DNA of 64,000 nucleotides from Escherichia coli (GTDB lineage Bacteria; Pseudomonadota; Gammaproteobacteria; Enterobacterales; Enterobacteriaceae): NCBI RefSeq assembly GCF_030013205.1, contig NZ_CP122648.1; one strand, 5' to 3'. Shown piece by piece: positions 54,186 to 64,000 of this stretch (position 1 is its first letter; each line of letters starts with the position of its first letter). The notes under the pieces were generated by a model. It saw only the letters and a program-made list of their open reading frames with translations, ran no database searches and was not told where the DNA came from. The position numbers and the translations under genes were made by a program.

Positions 54186-54208
54186 CCCGACGATACAGGA
54201 CAAGAGAC

Positions 54209-55288
54209 ATGTCTAAGATTTTTGATTTCGTAAAACCTGGCGTAATCACTGGTGATGACGTACAGAAAGTTTTCCAGGTAGCAAAAGAAAACAACTTCGC
54301 ACTGCCAGCAGTAAACTGCGTCGGTACTGACTCCATCAACGCCGTGCTGGAAACCGCTGCTAAAGTTAAAGCGCCGGTTATCGTTCAGTTCTCCAACGGT
54401 GGTGCTTCCTTTATCGCTGGTAAAGGCGTGAAATCTGACGTTCCGCAGGGTGCTGCTATCCTGGGCGCGATCTCTGGTGCGCATCACGTTCATCAGATGG
54501 CTGAACATTATGGTGTTCCGGTTATCCTGCATACCGACCACTGCGCGAAGAAACTGCTGCCGTGGATCGACGGTTTGCTGGACGCGGGTGAGAAACACTT
54601 CGCTGCTACCGGTAAGCCGCTGTTCTCTTCTCACATGATCGACCTGTCTGAAGAATCTCTGCAAGAGAACATCGAAATCTGCTCTAAATACCTGGAGCGC
54701 ATGTCCAAAATCGGCATGACTCTGGAAATCGAACTGGGTTGCACCGGTGGTGAAGAAGACGGCGTGGACAACAGCCACATGGACGCTTCTGCACTGTACA
54801 CCCAGCCGGAAGACGTTGATTACGCATACACCGAGCTGAGCAAAATCAGCCCACGTTTCACCATCGCAGCGTCCTTCGGTAACGTACACGGTGTTTACAA
54901 GCCGGGTAACGTGGTTCTGACTCCGACCATCCTGCGTGATTCTCAGGAATATGTTTCTAAGAAACACAACCTGCCGCACAACAGCCTGAACTTCGTATTC
55001 CACGGTGGTTCCGGTTCTACTGCTCAGGAAATCAAAGACTCCGTAAGCTACGGCGTAGTGAAAATGAACATCGATACCGATACCCAATGGGCAACCTGGG
55101 AAGGCGTTCTGAACTACTACAAAGCGAACGAAGCTTACCTGCAGGGTCAGCTGGGTAACCCGAAAGGCGAAGATCAGCCGAACAAGAAATACTACGATCC
55201 GCGCGTATGGCTGCGTGCCGGTCAGACTTCGATGATCGCTCGTCTGGAAAAAGCATTCCAGGAACTGAACGCGATCGACGTTCTGTAA
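54209..55288 (+). CDS. fbaA: fructose-bisphosphate aldolase class II
   Basis: 359 aa from MSKIFDFVKPGVITGDDVQKVFQ; six-frame ORF trimmed by 28 aa. Confidence 0.95.
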   Translation: MSKIFDFVKPGVITGDDVQKVFQVAKENNFALPAVNCVGTDSINAVLETAAKVKAPVIVQFSNGGASFIAGKGVKSDVPQGAAILGAISGAHHVHQMAEHYGVPVILHTDHCAKKLLPWIDGLLDAGEKHFAATGKPLFSSHMIDLSEESLQENIEICSKYLERMSKIGMTLEIELGCTGGEEDGVDNSHMDASALYTQPEDVDYAYTELSKISPRFTIAASFGNVHGVYKPGNVVLTPTILRDSQEYVSKKHNLPHNSLNFVFHGGSGSTAQEIKDSVSYGVVKMNIDTDTQWATWEGVLNYYKANEAYLQGQLGNPKGEDQPNKKYYDPRVWLRAGQTSMIARLEKAFQELNAIDVL

Positions 55289-55311
55289 GTCATTCTTTTC
55301 TGCTTATCTCA

Positions 55312-55337
55312 AGGCCCGCTCTGCGGGTCTTTTTTTC
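55312..55337 (+). terminator. intrinsic terminator after fbaA
   Basis: AGGCCCGC-tct-GCGGGTCT followed by TTTTTTT. Confidence 0.7.
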
Positions 55338-55478
55338 GCCAAAAGCAAGGTGATACAGATGAGAAATCTGTGATCTATTTGGCAAAATTATGCTTTATTG
55401 TTTACCCTTGTCAGACTGCCCGCCATAAGGCGGCGGAGTGTATTTCTCCATTTTGAGTCAGTTGAAAAGGAATATTGA

Positions 55479-56339
<861 letters not shown>

Positions 56340-56347
56340 TCAACGCT

Positions 56348-56390
56348 GAGGCCAGATAATACTCTCTGGCCTCTCTCTTATTAGTTTTTC
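56348..56390 (+). terminator. terminator-like hairpin after mscS
   Basis: GAGGCCAGA...TCTGGCCTC stem followed by a T-rich tract. Confidence 0.5.
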
Positions 56391-56477
56391 TGATTGCCAA
56401 TTAATATTATCAATTTCCGCTAATAACAATCCCGCGATATAGTCTCTGCATCAGATACTTAATTCGGAATATCCAAC

Positions 56478-57113
56478 GTGTTTTCTTATTACTTTCAAGG
56501 TCTTGCGCTTGGCGCAGCTATGATCCTACCGCTCGGTCCACAAAATGCTTTTGTGATGAATCAGGGCATTCGTCGTCAGTACCACATTATGATTGCCTTA
56601 CTTTGCGCTATCAGCGATTTGGTCCTGATTTGCGCCGGGATTTTTGGTGGCAGCGCGTTATTGATGCAGTCGCCGTGGTTGCTGGCGCTGGTCACCTGGG
56701 GCGGCGTAGCCTTCTTGCTGTGGTATGGTTTTGGCGCTTTTAAAACAGCGATGAGCAGTAATATTGAGTTAGCCAGTGCCGAAGTCCTGAAGCAAGGCAG
56801 ATGGAAAATTATCGCCACCATGCTGGCAGTGACCTGGCTTAATCCGCATGTTTACCTGGATACTTTTGTTGTACTGGGCAGCCTTGGCGGGCAACTTGAT
56901 GTGGAACCAAAACGTTGGTTTGCGCTCGGGACAATTAGCGCCTCTTTCCTGTGGTTCTTTGGTCTGGCTATTCTCGCAGCCTGGTTGGCACCGCGCCTGC
57001 GCACGGCAAAATCACAGCGCATTATCAATCTGGTAGTGGGATGTGTTATGTGGTTTATTGCTTTGCAGCTGGCGAGAGACGGTATTGCTCATGCACAAGC
57101 CTTGTTCAGTTAG
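56478..57113 (+). CDS. argO: arginine exporter (LysE family)
   Basis: 211-aa ORF with apparent GTG start; [30 protein letters not shown]. Confidence 0.9.
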
Positions 57114-57205
57114 GCGCTATCTGATGGAAAAATAAAACAGAGGCGCTAAGCTTGCCTCCAGAGGTCCTGAATTTTGGGCAAGTCAATTAACACGGAGAGA
57201 CTAAC

Positions 57206-57946
57206 GTGAAGTTCAAAGTTATCGCCCTGGCGGCATTAATGGGTATTAGCGGGATGGCAGCGCAGGCTAACGAATTGCCGGATGGACCGCATATTGTCAC
57301 CTCCGGTACGGCAAGTGTGGATGCGGTGCCAGACATTGCCACTCTTGCGATTGAAGTTAACGTGGCCGCGAAGGATGCCGCTACTGCCAAGAAACAGGCA
57401 GATGAGCGCGTCGCACAATACATTTCCTTCCTTGAACTCAATCAGATCGCGAAAAAAGATATCAGCTCAGCGAACTTACGCACCCAACCAGATTATGATT
57501 ATCAGGATGGTAAAAGTATCCTGAAAGGCTACCGCGCTGTGAGAACGGTGGAAGTCACGCTCCGTCAGTTAGACAAACTGAATTCCTTGCTGGATGGCGC
57601 GCTGAAGGCGGGTCTTAACGAAATTCGTTCTGTGTCGCTGGGCGTGGCGCAGCCGGATGCCTATAAAGACAAAGCGCGTAAGGCCGCGATTGATAACGCG
57701 ATTCATCAGGCGCAGGAACTGGCGAACGGCTTTCATCGTAAACTGGGGCCGGTATATAGCGTGCGCTACCATGTTTCCAACTATCAGCCCAGCCCAATGG
57801 TGCGGATGATGAAAGCCGATGCCGCGCCGGTCTCAGCCCAGGAAACTTACGAGCAGGCCGCTATTCAGTTTGATGATCAGGTCGATGTGGTCTTCCAGTT
57901 AGAACCTGTGGATCAACAATCCGCTAAAACACCTGCAGCACAATAA
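57206..57946 (+). CDS. yggE: DUF541/SIMPL-domain periplasmic protein YggE
   Basis: 246-aa ORF with signal peptide; apparent GTG start. Confidence 0.85.
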   Translation: MKFKVIALAALMGISGMAAQANELPDGPHIVTSGTASVDAVPDIATLAIEVNVAAKDAATAKKQADERVAQYISFLELNQIAKKDISSANLRTQPDYDYQDGKSILKGYRAVRTVEVTLRQLDKLNSLLDGALKAGLNEIRSVSLGVAQPDAYKDKARKAAIDNAIHQAQELANGFHRKLGPVYSVRYHVSNYQPSPMVRMMKADAAPVSAQETYEQAAIQFDDQVDVVFQLEPVDQQSAKTPAAQ

Positions 57947-58112
57947 TACTTGTAGCCCGACGTATTCGTCGGGCTAATGCCTTTACCCGATATTGCCTCC
58001 TTTTTCTGTAATTTTCTGTAAAACCATGACGTAATCACCTATCTTTGCTCGCGGTTTCATCAAGGATAGGCTGACTGAAACGGTTAAGCGGACAAGGATG
58101 CGGGGAGGGGGG

Positions 58113-59009
58113 ATGGACATTTTTATTTCGAAAAAGATGCGCAATTTCATTTTATTAGCGCAAACCAATAATATTGCCCGGGCGGCAGAAAAAATCCATA
58201 TGACGGCTTCGCCATTTGGTAAAAGCATTGCCGCGCTGGAAGAACAAATTGGCTATACGCTATTTACCCGCAAAGATAATAACATCAGCCTCAATAAAGC
58301 CGGACAGGAACTGTATCAAAAACTGTTCCCGGTTTATCAACGACTTTCTGCGATTGATAATGAAATCCATAACTCAGGGCGTCGTTCACGAGAAATTGTG
58401 ATTGGCATAGATAATACTTATCCGACAATTATTTTTGATCAGTTGATTAGTCTCGGAGATAAGTATGAAGGCGTGACCGCCCAGCCAGTTGAGTTCAGCG
58501 AAAACGGCGTTATCGATAATCTTTTTGACCGTCAGTTAGATTTTATTATCTCCCCACAGCATGTATCTGCACGAGTTCAGGAACTGGAAAACCTGACTAT
58601 CAGTGAACTACCACCGCTGCGATTGGGCTTTCTCGTTTCTCGCCGTTATGAAGAGCGACAAGAGCAAGAGCTGCTTCAGGAGCTACCCTGGCTGCAAATG
58701 CGCTTTCAGAACCGGGCCAACTTCGAAGCAATGATTGATGCGAATATGCGACCTTGTGGGATCAATCCCACCATTATTTATCGTCCCTACAGTTTTATGG
58801 CCAAAATCAGCGCCGTGGAGCGCGGACATTTTCTGACGGTGATCCCGCATTTTGCCTGGCGACTGGTGAATCCGGCAACGCTGAAATATTTTGATGCGCC
58901 GCACAGGCCGATGTATATGCAGGAATATCTTTATTCAATCAGAAATCATCGTTATACCGCCACGATGCTTCAGCATATTGCTGAAGATCGTGACGGGACG
59001 AGTCATTAA
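58113..59009 (+). CDS. ygfI: LysR-family transcriptional regulator YgfI
   Basis: 298 aa from MDIFISKKMRNFILLAQTNNIARAAEKIHMTASPF (helix-turn-helix); six-frame ORF trimmed by 5 aa. Confidence 0.8.
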   Translation: MDIFISKKMRNFILLAQTNNIARAAEKIHMTASPFGKSIAALEEQIGYTLFTRKDNNISLNKAGQELYQKLFPVYQRLSAIDNEIHNSGRRSREIVIGIDNTYPTIIFDQLISLGDKYEGVTAQPVEFSENGVIDNLFDRQLDFIISPQHVSARVQELENLTISELPPLRLGFLVSRRYEERQEQELLQELPWLQMRFQNRANFEAMIDANMRPCGINPTIIYRPYSFMAKISAVERGHFLTVIPHFAWRLVNPATLKYFDAPHRPMYMQEYLYSIRNHRYTATMLQHIAEDRDGTSH

Positions 59010-60484
59010 CCCAGCATCGAGCCGGTTGCAATTAAATTACGGTGTAAATCGAAGACGTGGCTAAGATCGTGGTGAATATGTCCGCCGGGCGCATTTTCCA
59101 GATAGCGATGCAGATAATCCCGATACATAGGATGTGCACAATTATCAATGATAGTGCGGGCGCGTTGAAGCGGGGAAAGACCACGCAGATCGGCGATGCC
59201 TTGTTCGGTGATGATCACTTTGACGCTGTGTTCGCTGTGATCAACATGGCTGCACATTGGCACGACGGTTGAGATCTTGCCTTCTTTAGCAATCGACGGG
59301 GCCATAAAGATAGACAGATACGCGTTGCGTTCAAAATCACCGCTGCCACCGATGCCGTTCATCAGATCGACCCCGGCTACGTGCGTTGAGTTGGCATGCC
59401 CGTAAATATCAAACTCCAGGCCGACGTTCAGAGCGATGACGCCCAGACGACGGATGATTTCCGGGTTATTGGAAATTTCCTGCGGACGCAACACAATGCG
59501 GCTGGCAAAGTAATCCATATTGTCGTAAATCTTACGCAGGGAATCGGCCGAGATAGTCAGGCTGGAGGCGCTGGCCCCGCTGATTTTGCCCGTTTCCAGT
59601 AAATGCACCACCGATTCCTGTAGCACTTCCGAATACATCATGAACGGAGGAATTTCCGGATTTTCCCCCAGACGCGCCATTACCGCATTATTGATGTTGC
59701 CCACGCCACTTTGCAGCGGCAGAAATTCCGGCGGAATACGCCCATGCGCCATTTCCTGCAACAAGAACGTGACCACGTTATCGGCAATCTGCTGGCACAT
59801 GGGATTTTGCTTATCCAGCATATTACCGGCGTCGGGCAAGTTGGTTTCCACGACGGCGACAATCTTTTTCGGATCGATTTGCACATAGCGGGTACCGACG
59901 CGATCCATTGCATGGAAGATCGACACGCTATTGCGCCGCGGTGGCGCGCCAGGAATCACAATATCTGCCAGTTCTGCAACGCGCGGATCGTGATAGTGAT
60001 TGAGTTCAATGATCACTTTCTTCGCCCGCAGCAGCCAGGTCGGCGCATTACCGATCCCGCTGGTTAACCAGACTCGACCATCCGGTGCCAGTGCCGATGC
60101 TTCAATGACGGCAACATCAATTTCGCCGAAGAAACCGTAATTGACCATTTGCGCCACTTCGCTCAAATGCAGGTCAACGAAACGCACCGCGCCCTGATTG
60201 ATCTTTTTACGTAAACCAGACGATGTTTGATATGGCGCACGCCAGGAAACAGCATCGGCGTCAGAAAGTACATCGTCAGCGGCGGCGCTGATTGACGCCC
60301 CCGTTAGCAGGCGGATTTGATACGGCTTTTTGGCCTCATGCTGTTCGTTAGCTCTGCGGGCAATGGCGGTGGGAAGGGCTTTCGGCGAACCCGCCGGGGT
60401 AAAGCCGCTAAATGCCACCATGTCGTTATGCTGGATAATTTCTGCCGCTTCATCGGCGGTCATCCTTGTCCACTGAGTTTCCAT
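59006..60484 (-). CDS. scpC: propionyl-CoA:succinate CoA-transferase
   Basis: 492-aa ORF; acetyl-CoA hydrolase/transferase family. Confidence 0.9.
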   Translation of the reverse strand: METQWTRMTADEAAEIIQHNDMVAFSGFTPAGSPKALPTAIARRANEQHEAKKPYQIRLLTGASISAAADDVLSDADAVSWRAPYQTSSGLRKKINQGAVRFVDLHLSEVAQMVNYGFFGEIDVAVIEASALAPDGRVWLTSGIGNAPTWLLRAKKVIIELNHYHDPRVAELADIVIPGAPPRRNSVSIFHAMDRVGTRYVQIDPKKIVAVVETNLPDAGNMLDKQNPMCQQIADNVVTFLLQEMAHGRIPPEFLPLQSGVGNINNAVMARLGENPEIPPFMMYSEVLQESVVHLLETGKISGASASSLTISADSLRKIYDNMDYFASRIVLRPQEISNNPEIIRRLGVIALNVGLEFDIYGHANSTHVAGVDLMNGIGGSGDFERNAYLSIFMAPSIAKEGKISTVVPMCSHVDHSEHSVKVIITEQGIADLRGLSPLQRARTIIDNCAHPMYRDYLHRYLENAPGGHIHHDLSHVFDLHRNLIATGSMLG

Positions 60485-60507
60485 TTTAACTCCTTCGTTC
60501 GCAGGGA

Positions 60508-61293
60508 TTAATGACCAACGAAATTAGGTTTACGTTTTTCGAGGAAAGCGTTCATCCCTTCCTGGTAGTCTTCGCTGTCATAAACCGCGCGGCGCATCCC
60601 CTGAATACGTTCAAATTCATCGGAGTTCATGGTGTGCGCTTCGCCCAGTACACGCAGCTCTTCTTTGATAACGGCAATGGCTAACGGCGCTTTCTCAGAG
60701 ATGTGGTGCGCCATTTGTAAGGTGAAATCTTCCAGTTCTTCCACTTCCACAACATGGTTGAGGATGCCGACAGCCAGCGCGCGCTGGGCTGTGATTGGCG
60801 AAGCGGTAAAAATCAGCTCTTTGACAATGTGGAAGCCCGCGTCGCGGGTCAGGTTGTGAATGCCGACCAGGTTATACGGGACACCGAGGTTTACAGGTGT
60901 CATTGAGAAGGTTGAGGTACTGGCGGCGATAATCAGATCGGAACTCATGATCATTTCAAATGCGCCACCCCAAACACTACCTTCCACCATCGAAATGATC
61001 GGTTTCGGGAATTTTTGGATCATGCGGGTGATTTGACGCAATGGATCATCATAGGAGAGCGGATCGCGACCGCCAGACGGCAGTTCGTGAATATCGTGAC
61101 CTGCGGAGAAGACTTTGGATCCACTCGGCGCGCGCAAAATGATACAGCGAATTTCCGGCCGGTTGAGATCGCTTAACGCCTGCATAAGATCATCAATAAA
61201 GACTTTACTTAAGGCATTAAGTTTTCGGCCATAGTTAAACTCAATGACCGCCACTTTGTTGATAGTGACAACGTTCACATACTGATAAGACAT
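60508..61293 (-). CDS. scpB: methylmalonyl-CoA decarboxylase (crotonase fold)
   Basis: 261 aa from MSYQYVNVVTINKVAVIEFNYGRKLNAL; six-frame ORF trimmed by 14 aa. Confidence 0.9.
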   Translation of the reverse strand: MSYQYVNVVTINKVAVIEFNYGRKLNALSKVFIDDLMQALSDLNRPEIRCIILRAPSGSKVFSAGHDIHELPSGGRDPLSYDDPLRQITRMIQKFPKPIISMVEGSVWGGAFEMIMSSDLIIAASTSTFSMTPVNLGVPYNLVGIHNLTRDAGFHIVKELIFTASPITAQRALAVGILNHVVEVEELEDFTLQMAHHISEKAPLAIAVIKEELRVLGEAHTMNSDEFERIQGMRRAVYDSEDYQEGMNAFLEKRKPNFVGH

Positions 61294-61303
61294 AAAAATT
61301 CCT

Positions 61304-62299
61304 TTAATCAAAATATTGCGTCTGGATAAATTCACTGAGCTGCCGCAGGCCGGTGCGCGGTGAGAGCGTATTGTTTTTGACCGCTAAAAGCGTCTGGCGG
61401 TAATAGCGATCGAAATCTTCATTCGCGAACAGGTGATTCAGTACTTCTTCTTCGGTTTGTTTACGCAGCCATTCCACCGATTGTTGTTGCCGCACTTGTT
61501 GTAATCGACCACTGGCAGTTAGCGCGGTTTTGAAGTCGATGATGGCGTGCCAGATCTCATCGATTCCACGTTTTTCCAGTGCGCTACAAGTCAGAACCCG
61601 TGGCTGCCATTCGTCGTATTTACGTCGCAGAATATGCAGGGCACTCTCGTACATATGCCGGGCAATGGCGATATTGGTATGGTTATCGCCATCGTCTTTG
61701 TTGATAACGATCAGATCTGCCACTTCCATCAGCCCCTTTTTAATGCCCTGCAGATCATCGCCGCCACCGGCAATTTGCAACGAGATAAAACAGTCCACCA
61801 TGCGGGCGACTTCCGTTTCTGACTGCCCGACGCCAACCGTTTCGACAATCACTACGTCATAACCCGCCGCTTCGCATAACAGCATTAATTCCCGCGCTCG
61901 CTGACTGGCACCGCCCAGATGGCCGGAGGAGGGTACCGGGCGAATAAACGCCGCCTCGGCACGCGCCAGGTCATTCATGCGGGTTTTATCCCCGAGGATG
62001 CTACCGCCAGTGACCGGGCTGCTAGGATCGACCGCAATAACCGCAACCTTTAATCCATCACGAATCAACAACATGCCAAAGGCTTCAAGAAAGGTACTTT
62101 TCCCCGCGCCGGGTGTGCCGGTAACGCCCAGTCGCAGGGCGTTACCACAGAACGGCATAATGGCATCAAGCAGCTGCGTACTTAGCGCCTGATGACGCGG
62201 GTGACGGCTTTCTACCAGCGTCATGGCCTGGGCGAGCGTGGCACGCTCACCCTGACGTAAGCGGCGAATACTTTCTGCCAGCGTGGCTTCATTAATCAT
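61304..62299 (-). CDS. argK: MeaB-like GTPase / methylmalonyl-CoA mutase accessory protein
   Basis: 331-aa ORF with P-loop (GTPGAGKST). Confidence 0.9.
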   Translation of the reverse strand: MINEATLAESIRRLRQGERATLAQAMTLVESRHPRHQALSTQLLDAIMPFCGNALRLGVTGTPGAGKSTFLEAFGMLLIRDGLKVAVIAVDPSSPVTGGSILGDKTRMNDLARAEAAFIRPVPSSGHLGGASQRARELMLLCEAAGYDVVIVETVGVGQSETEVARMVDCFISLQIAGGGDDLQGIKKGLMEVADLIVINKDDGDNHTNIAIARHMYESALHILRRKYDEWQPRVLTCSALEKRGIDEIWHAIIDFKTALTASGRLQQVRQQQSVEWLRKQTEEEVLNHLFANEDFDRYYRQTLLAVKNNTLSPRTGLRQLSEFIQTQYFD

Positions 62300-64000
62300 G
62301 ATGCTGGCTTATCAGATTCAGTACGTCGCGCACGCTGTCGAGCATAGGTGTACCTGGACCATAAATCGCCGCCACGCCGCGCTCTTGCAGGAAGGCGTAA
62401 TCCTGCGGCGGAATGACGCCACCCGCGACCACGCAGATATCTTCGCGTCCCCATTTTTTCAGCGCTTCGACCAGTTCCGGGATCAGCGTTTTATGACCGG
62501 CAGCCAGTGAAGATGCGCCCACTACGTGAACGTCGTTTTCTACTGCCAGGCGGGCGATCTCTTCAGGTGTAGAGAACATCGGGCTTAAATCTACGTCGAA
62601 ACCGAGATCGGAATAGGCGCTGGCGATCACTTTTGCGCCGCGATCGTGCCCATCCTGGCCCATTTTGGCGATCAGAATGCGCGGGCGACGACCATTGTCG
62701 GCAAGGAACTGCTCCGTTTGCGCAACAATGGCATCGAACTCGGTGGCCGATTTCTCAGACTGATGATAGCTTTGCGCAATCACGCCGGTAACACACTGGC
62801 TTGGCACCAGATAACGGTCAAATGCCGCTTCCAGCGCATCGGAAATTTCACCAAGCGTTGCGCGAACGCGAGCGGCATTAACAGCGGCAGCCAGCAGGTT
62901 TTCGTTATGCTGTGCGGCGTGAGTCAGGGCGTTCAACGCGGCGGTTACGGCGGCATCATCACGGGTGGCGCGAATGCGTTCCAGCGAAGCAATTTGCTCG
63001 TTACGCACCATCACGTTGTCGATCTCAAGTACATCGGTTTCGTCTTCGTGATCCAGTTTGTACTTGTTGACACCAACGATGACACGCTTGCCCTGGTCGA
63101 TCAACGACTGTTCGCGCGCGGAAGCCTCTTCGATCATTCGTTTTGGCAGACCTGCTTCGATCGCTTTCGCCATGCCACCGGCTTCGTCGATCTGTTGGAT
63201 AATGGCTCTGGCTTGTTTGACGATTTGATCGGTCAGCGATTCAACGTAATAGGATCCGGCCAGTGGATCGACGGTGCGGCAGAGTTCTGATTCTTCCTGA
63301 ATGATGATCTGGGTGTTGCGGGCAATGCGTGCTGAGAAATCGGTAGGCAAACCAAGCGCTTCATCAAAGGCGTTGGTATGCAGTGACTGAGTACCGCCCA
63401 GCGTTGCAGCCAGTGCTTCAATGGTGGTGCGGATAACGTTGTTATACGGATCCTGTTCAGTCAGGCTCCAGCCTGAGGTCTGGCAGTGGGTACGCAGCGC
63501 CAGTGATTTCGGATCCTGTGCGCCAAATCCACTGACCGCTTCGCTCCATAAATAACGTGCCGCACGCAACATGGCGACGTTCATAAACAGATCCATGCCA
63601 ATGCCGAAGAAGAACGACAGGCGAGGAGCGAAGTCATCAATTTTCAGCCCGGCGGAGATTGCTGCTTTGATGTACTCAATCCCATCAGCGAGCGTAAATG
63701 CTACCTGCTGCACGCAGTTGGCACCCGCTTCACCCATATGGTAACCGCTGATACTGATGGTATTAAATCGCGGCATGTTGCCGGAACACCAGGCGATGAT
63801 GTCTGCGATAATACGCATTGACGGTTTTGGCGGGTAAATATAGGTGTTGCGGCAAAGATACTCTTTGAGGATATCGTTTTGAATGGTGCCGGTCAGTTTA
63901 TCGGGTGTAACACCTTGCTCTTCTGCGGCGACAATATAAAACGCCAGTACTGGTAGTACTGCGCCATTCATGGTCATCGAAACCGACATTTTATCCAGCG
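62292..64000 (-). CDS. scpA: methylmalonyl-CoA mutase (Sbm), 3' portion; gene continues past the window end
   Basis: Open frame to the window edge; C-terminal B12-binding domain and mutase barrel; start overlaps the argK stop region. Confidence 0.9.
   Translation of the reverse strand, partial: LDKMSVSMTMNGAVLPVLAFYIVAAEEQGVTPDKLTGTIQNDILKEYLCRNTYIYPPKPSMRIIADIIAWCSGNMPRFNTISISGYHMGEAGANCVQQVAFTLADGIEYIKAAISAGLKIDDFAPRLSFFFGIGMDLFMNVAMLRAARYLWSEAVSGFGAQDPKSLALRTHCQTSGWSLTEQDPYNNVIRTTIEALAATLGGTQSLHTNAFDEALGLPTDFSARIARNTQIIIQEESELCRTVDPLAGSYYVESLTDQIVKQARAIIQQIDEAGGMAKAIEAGLPKRMIEEASAREQSLIDQGKRVIVGVNKYKLDHEDETDVLEIDNVMVRNEQIASLERIRATRDDAAVTAALNALTHAAQHNENLLAAAVNAARVRATLGEISDALEAAFDRYLVPSQCVTGVIAQSYHQSEKSATEFDAIVAQTEQFLADNGRRPRILIAKMGQDGHDRGAKVIASAYSDLGFDVDLSPMFSTPEEIARLAVENDVHVVGASSLAAGHKTLIPELVEALKKWGREDICVVAGGVIPPQDYAFLQERGVAAIYGPGTPMLDSVRDVLNLISQHHD

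Noticed and set aside
54113-55087. 324-aa minus-strand ORF
   Set aside because: Antisense to fbaA; shadow ORF.

Overview
This window is an Escherichia coli-like chromosomal segment, in the orientation opposite to K-12 convention, running from a tRNA-Phe (pheV-type) island through speC, nupG, mltC, mutY, ansB, gshB, galP, metK, speA/speB, tktA, the epd-pgk-fbaA glycolytic cluster, mscS and argO to the scpC-scpB-argK-scpA (sbm) operon, which is cut by the window end. Gene identities are from reading the translated ORFs against remembered E. coli proteins; no database search was run. Start codons were trimmed from the six-frame track where the known N-terminus was recognisable. The first ~10.2 kb is an accessory island integrated at the 3' end of tRNA-Phe: a P4-type integrase, a frameshifted EptA-family phosphoethanolamine transferase, an Ail/Lom/PagC outer-membrane protein, an IS110-family insertion sequence with a structured upstream flank (candidate bridge RNA), a YagK/YfjJ-like protein and a CbtA/CbeA toxin-antitoxin module; its distal boundary lies beyond the window. 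Three small insertions interrupt the otherwise K-12-like backbone: a TRAP transporter operon between yggM and hemW, a lipoprotein gene between speA and speB, and an SPFH/band-7 gene between tktA and cmtB. Their absence from K-12 is from memory and needs alignment to confirm. Non-coding features include intrinsic terminators, REP and ERIC-like repeats, a GC-rich inverted repeat, a galP CRP/GalR operator pair and a phased 3 x 33 bp repeat in the island. No CRISPR array or rRNA was seen. I found no single clearly novel multi-gene system; the best candidates for follow-up are the IS110 flank, the phased repeat and the three backbone insertions.
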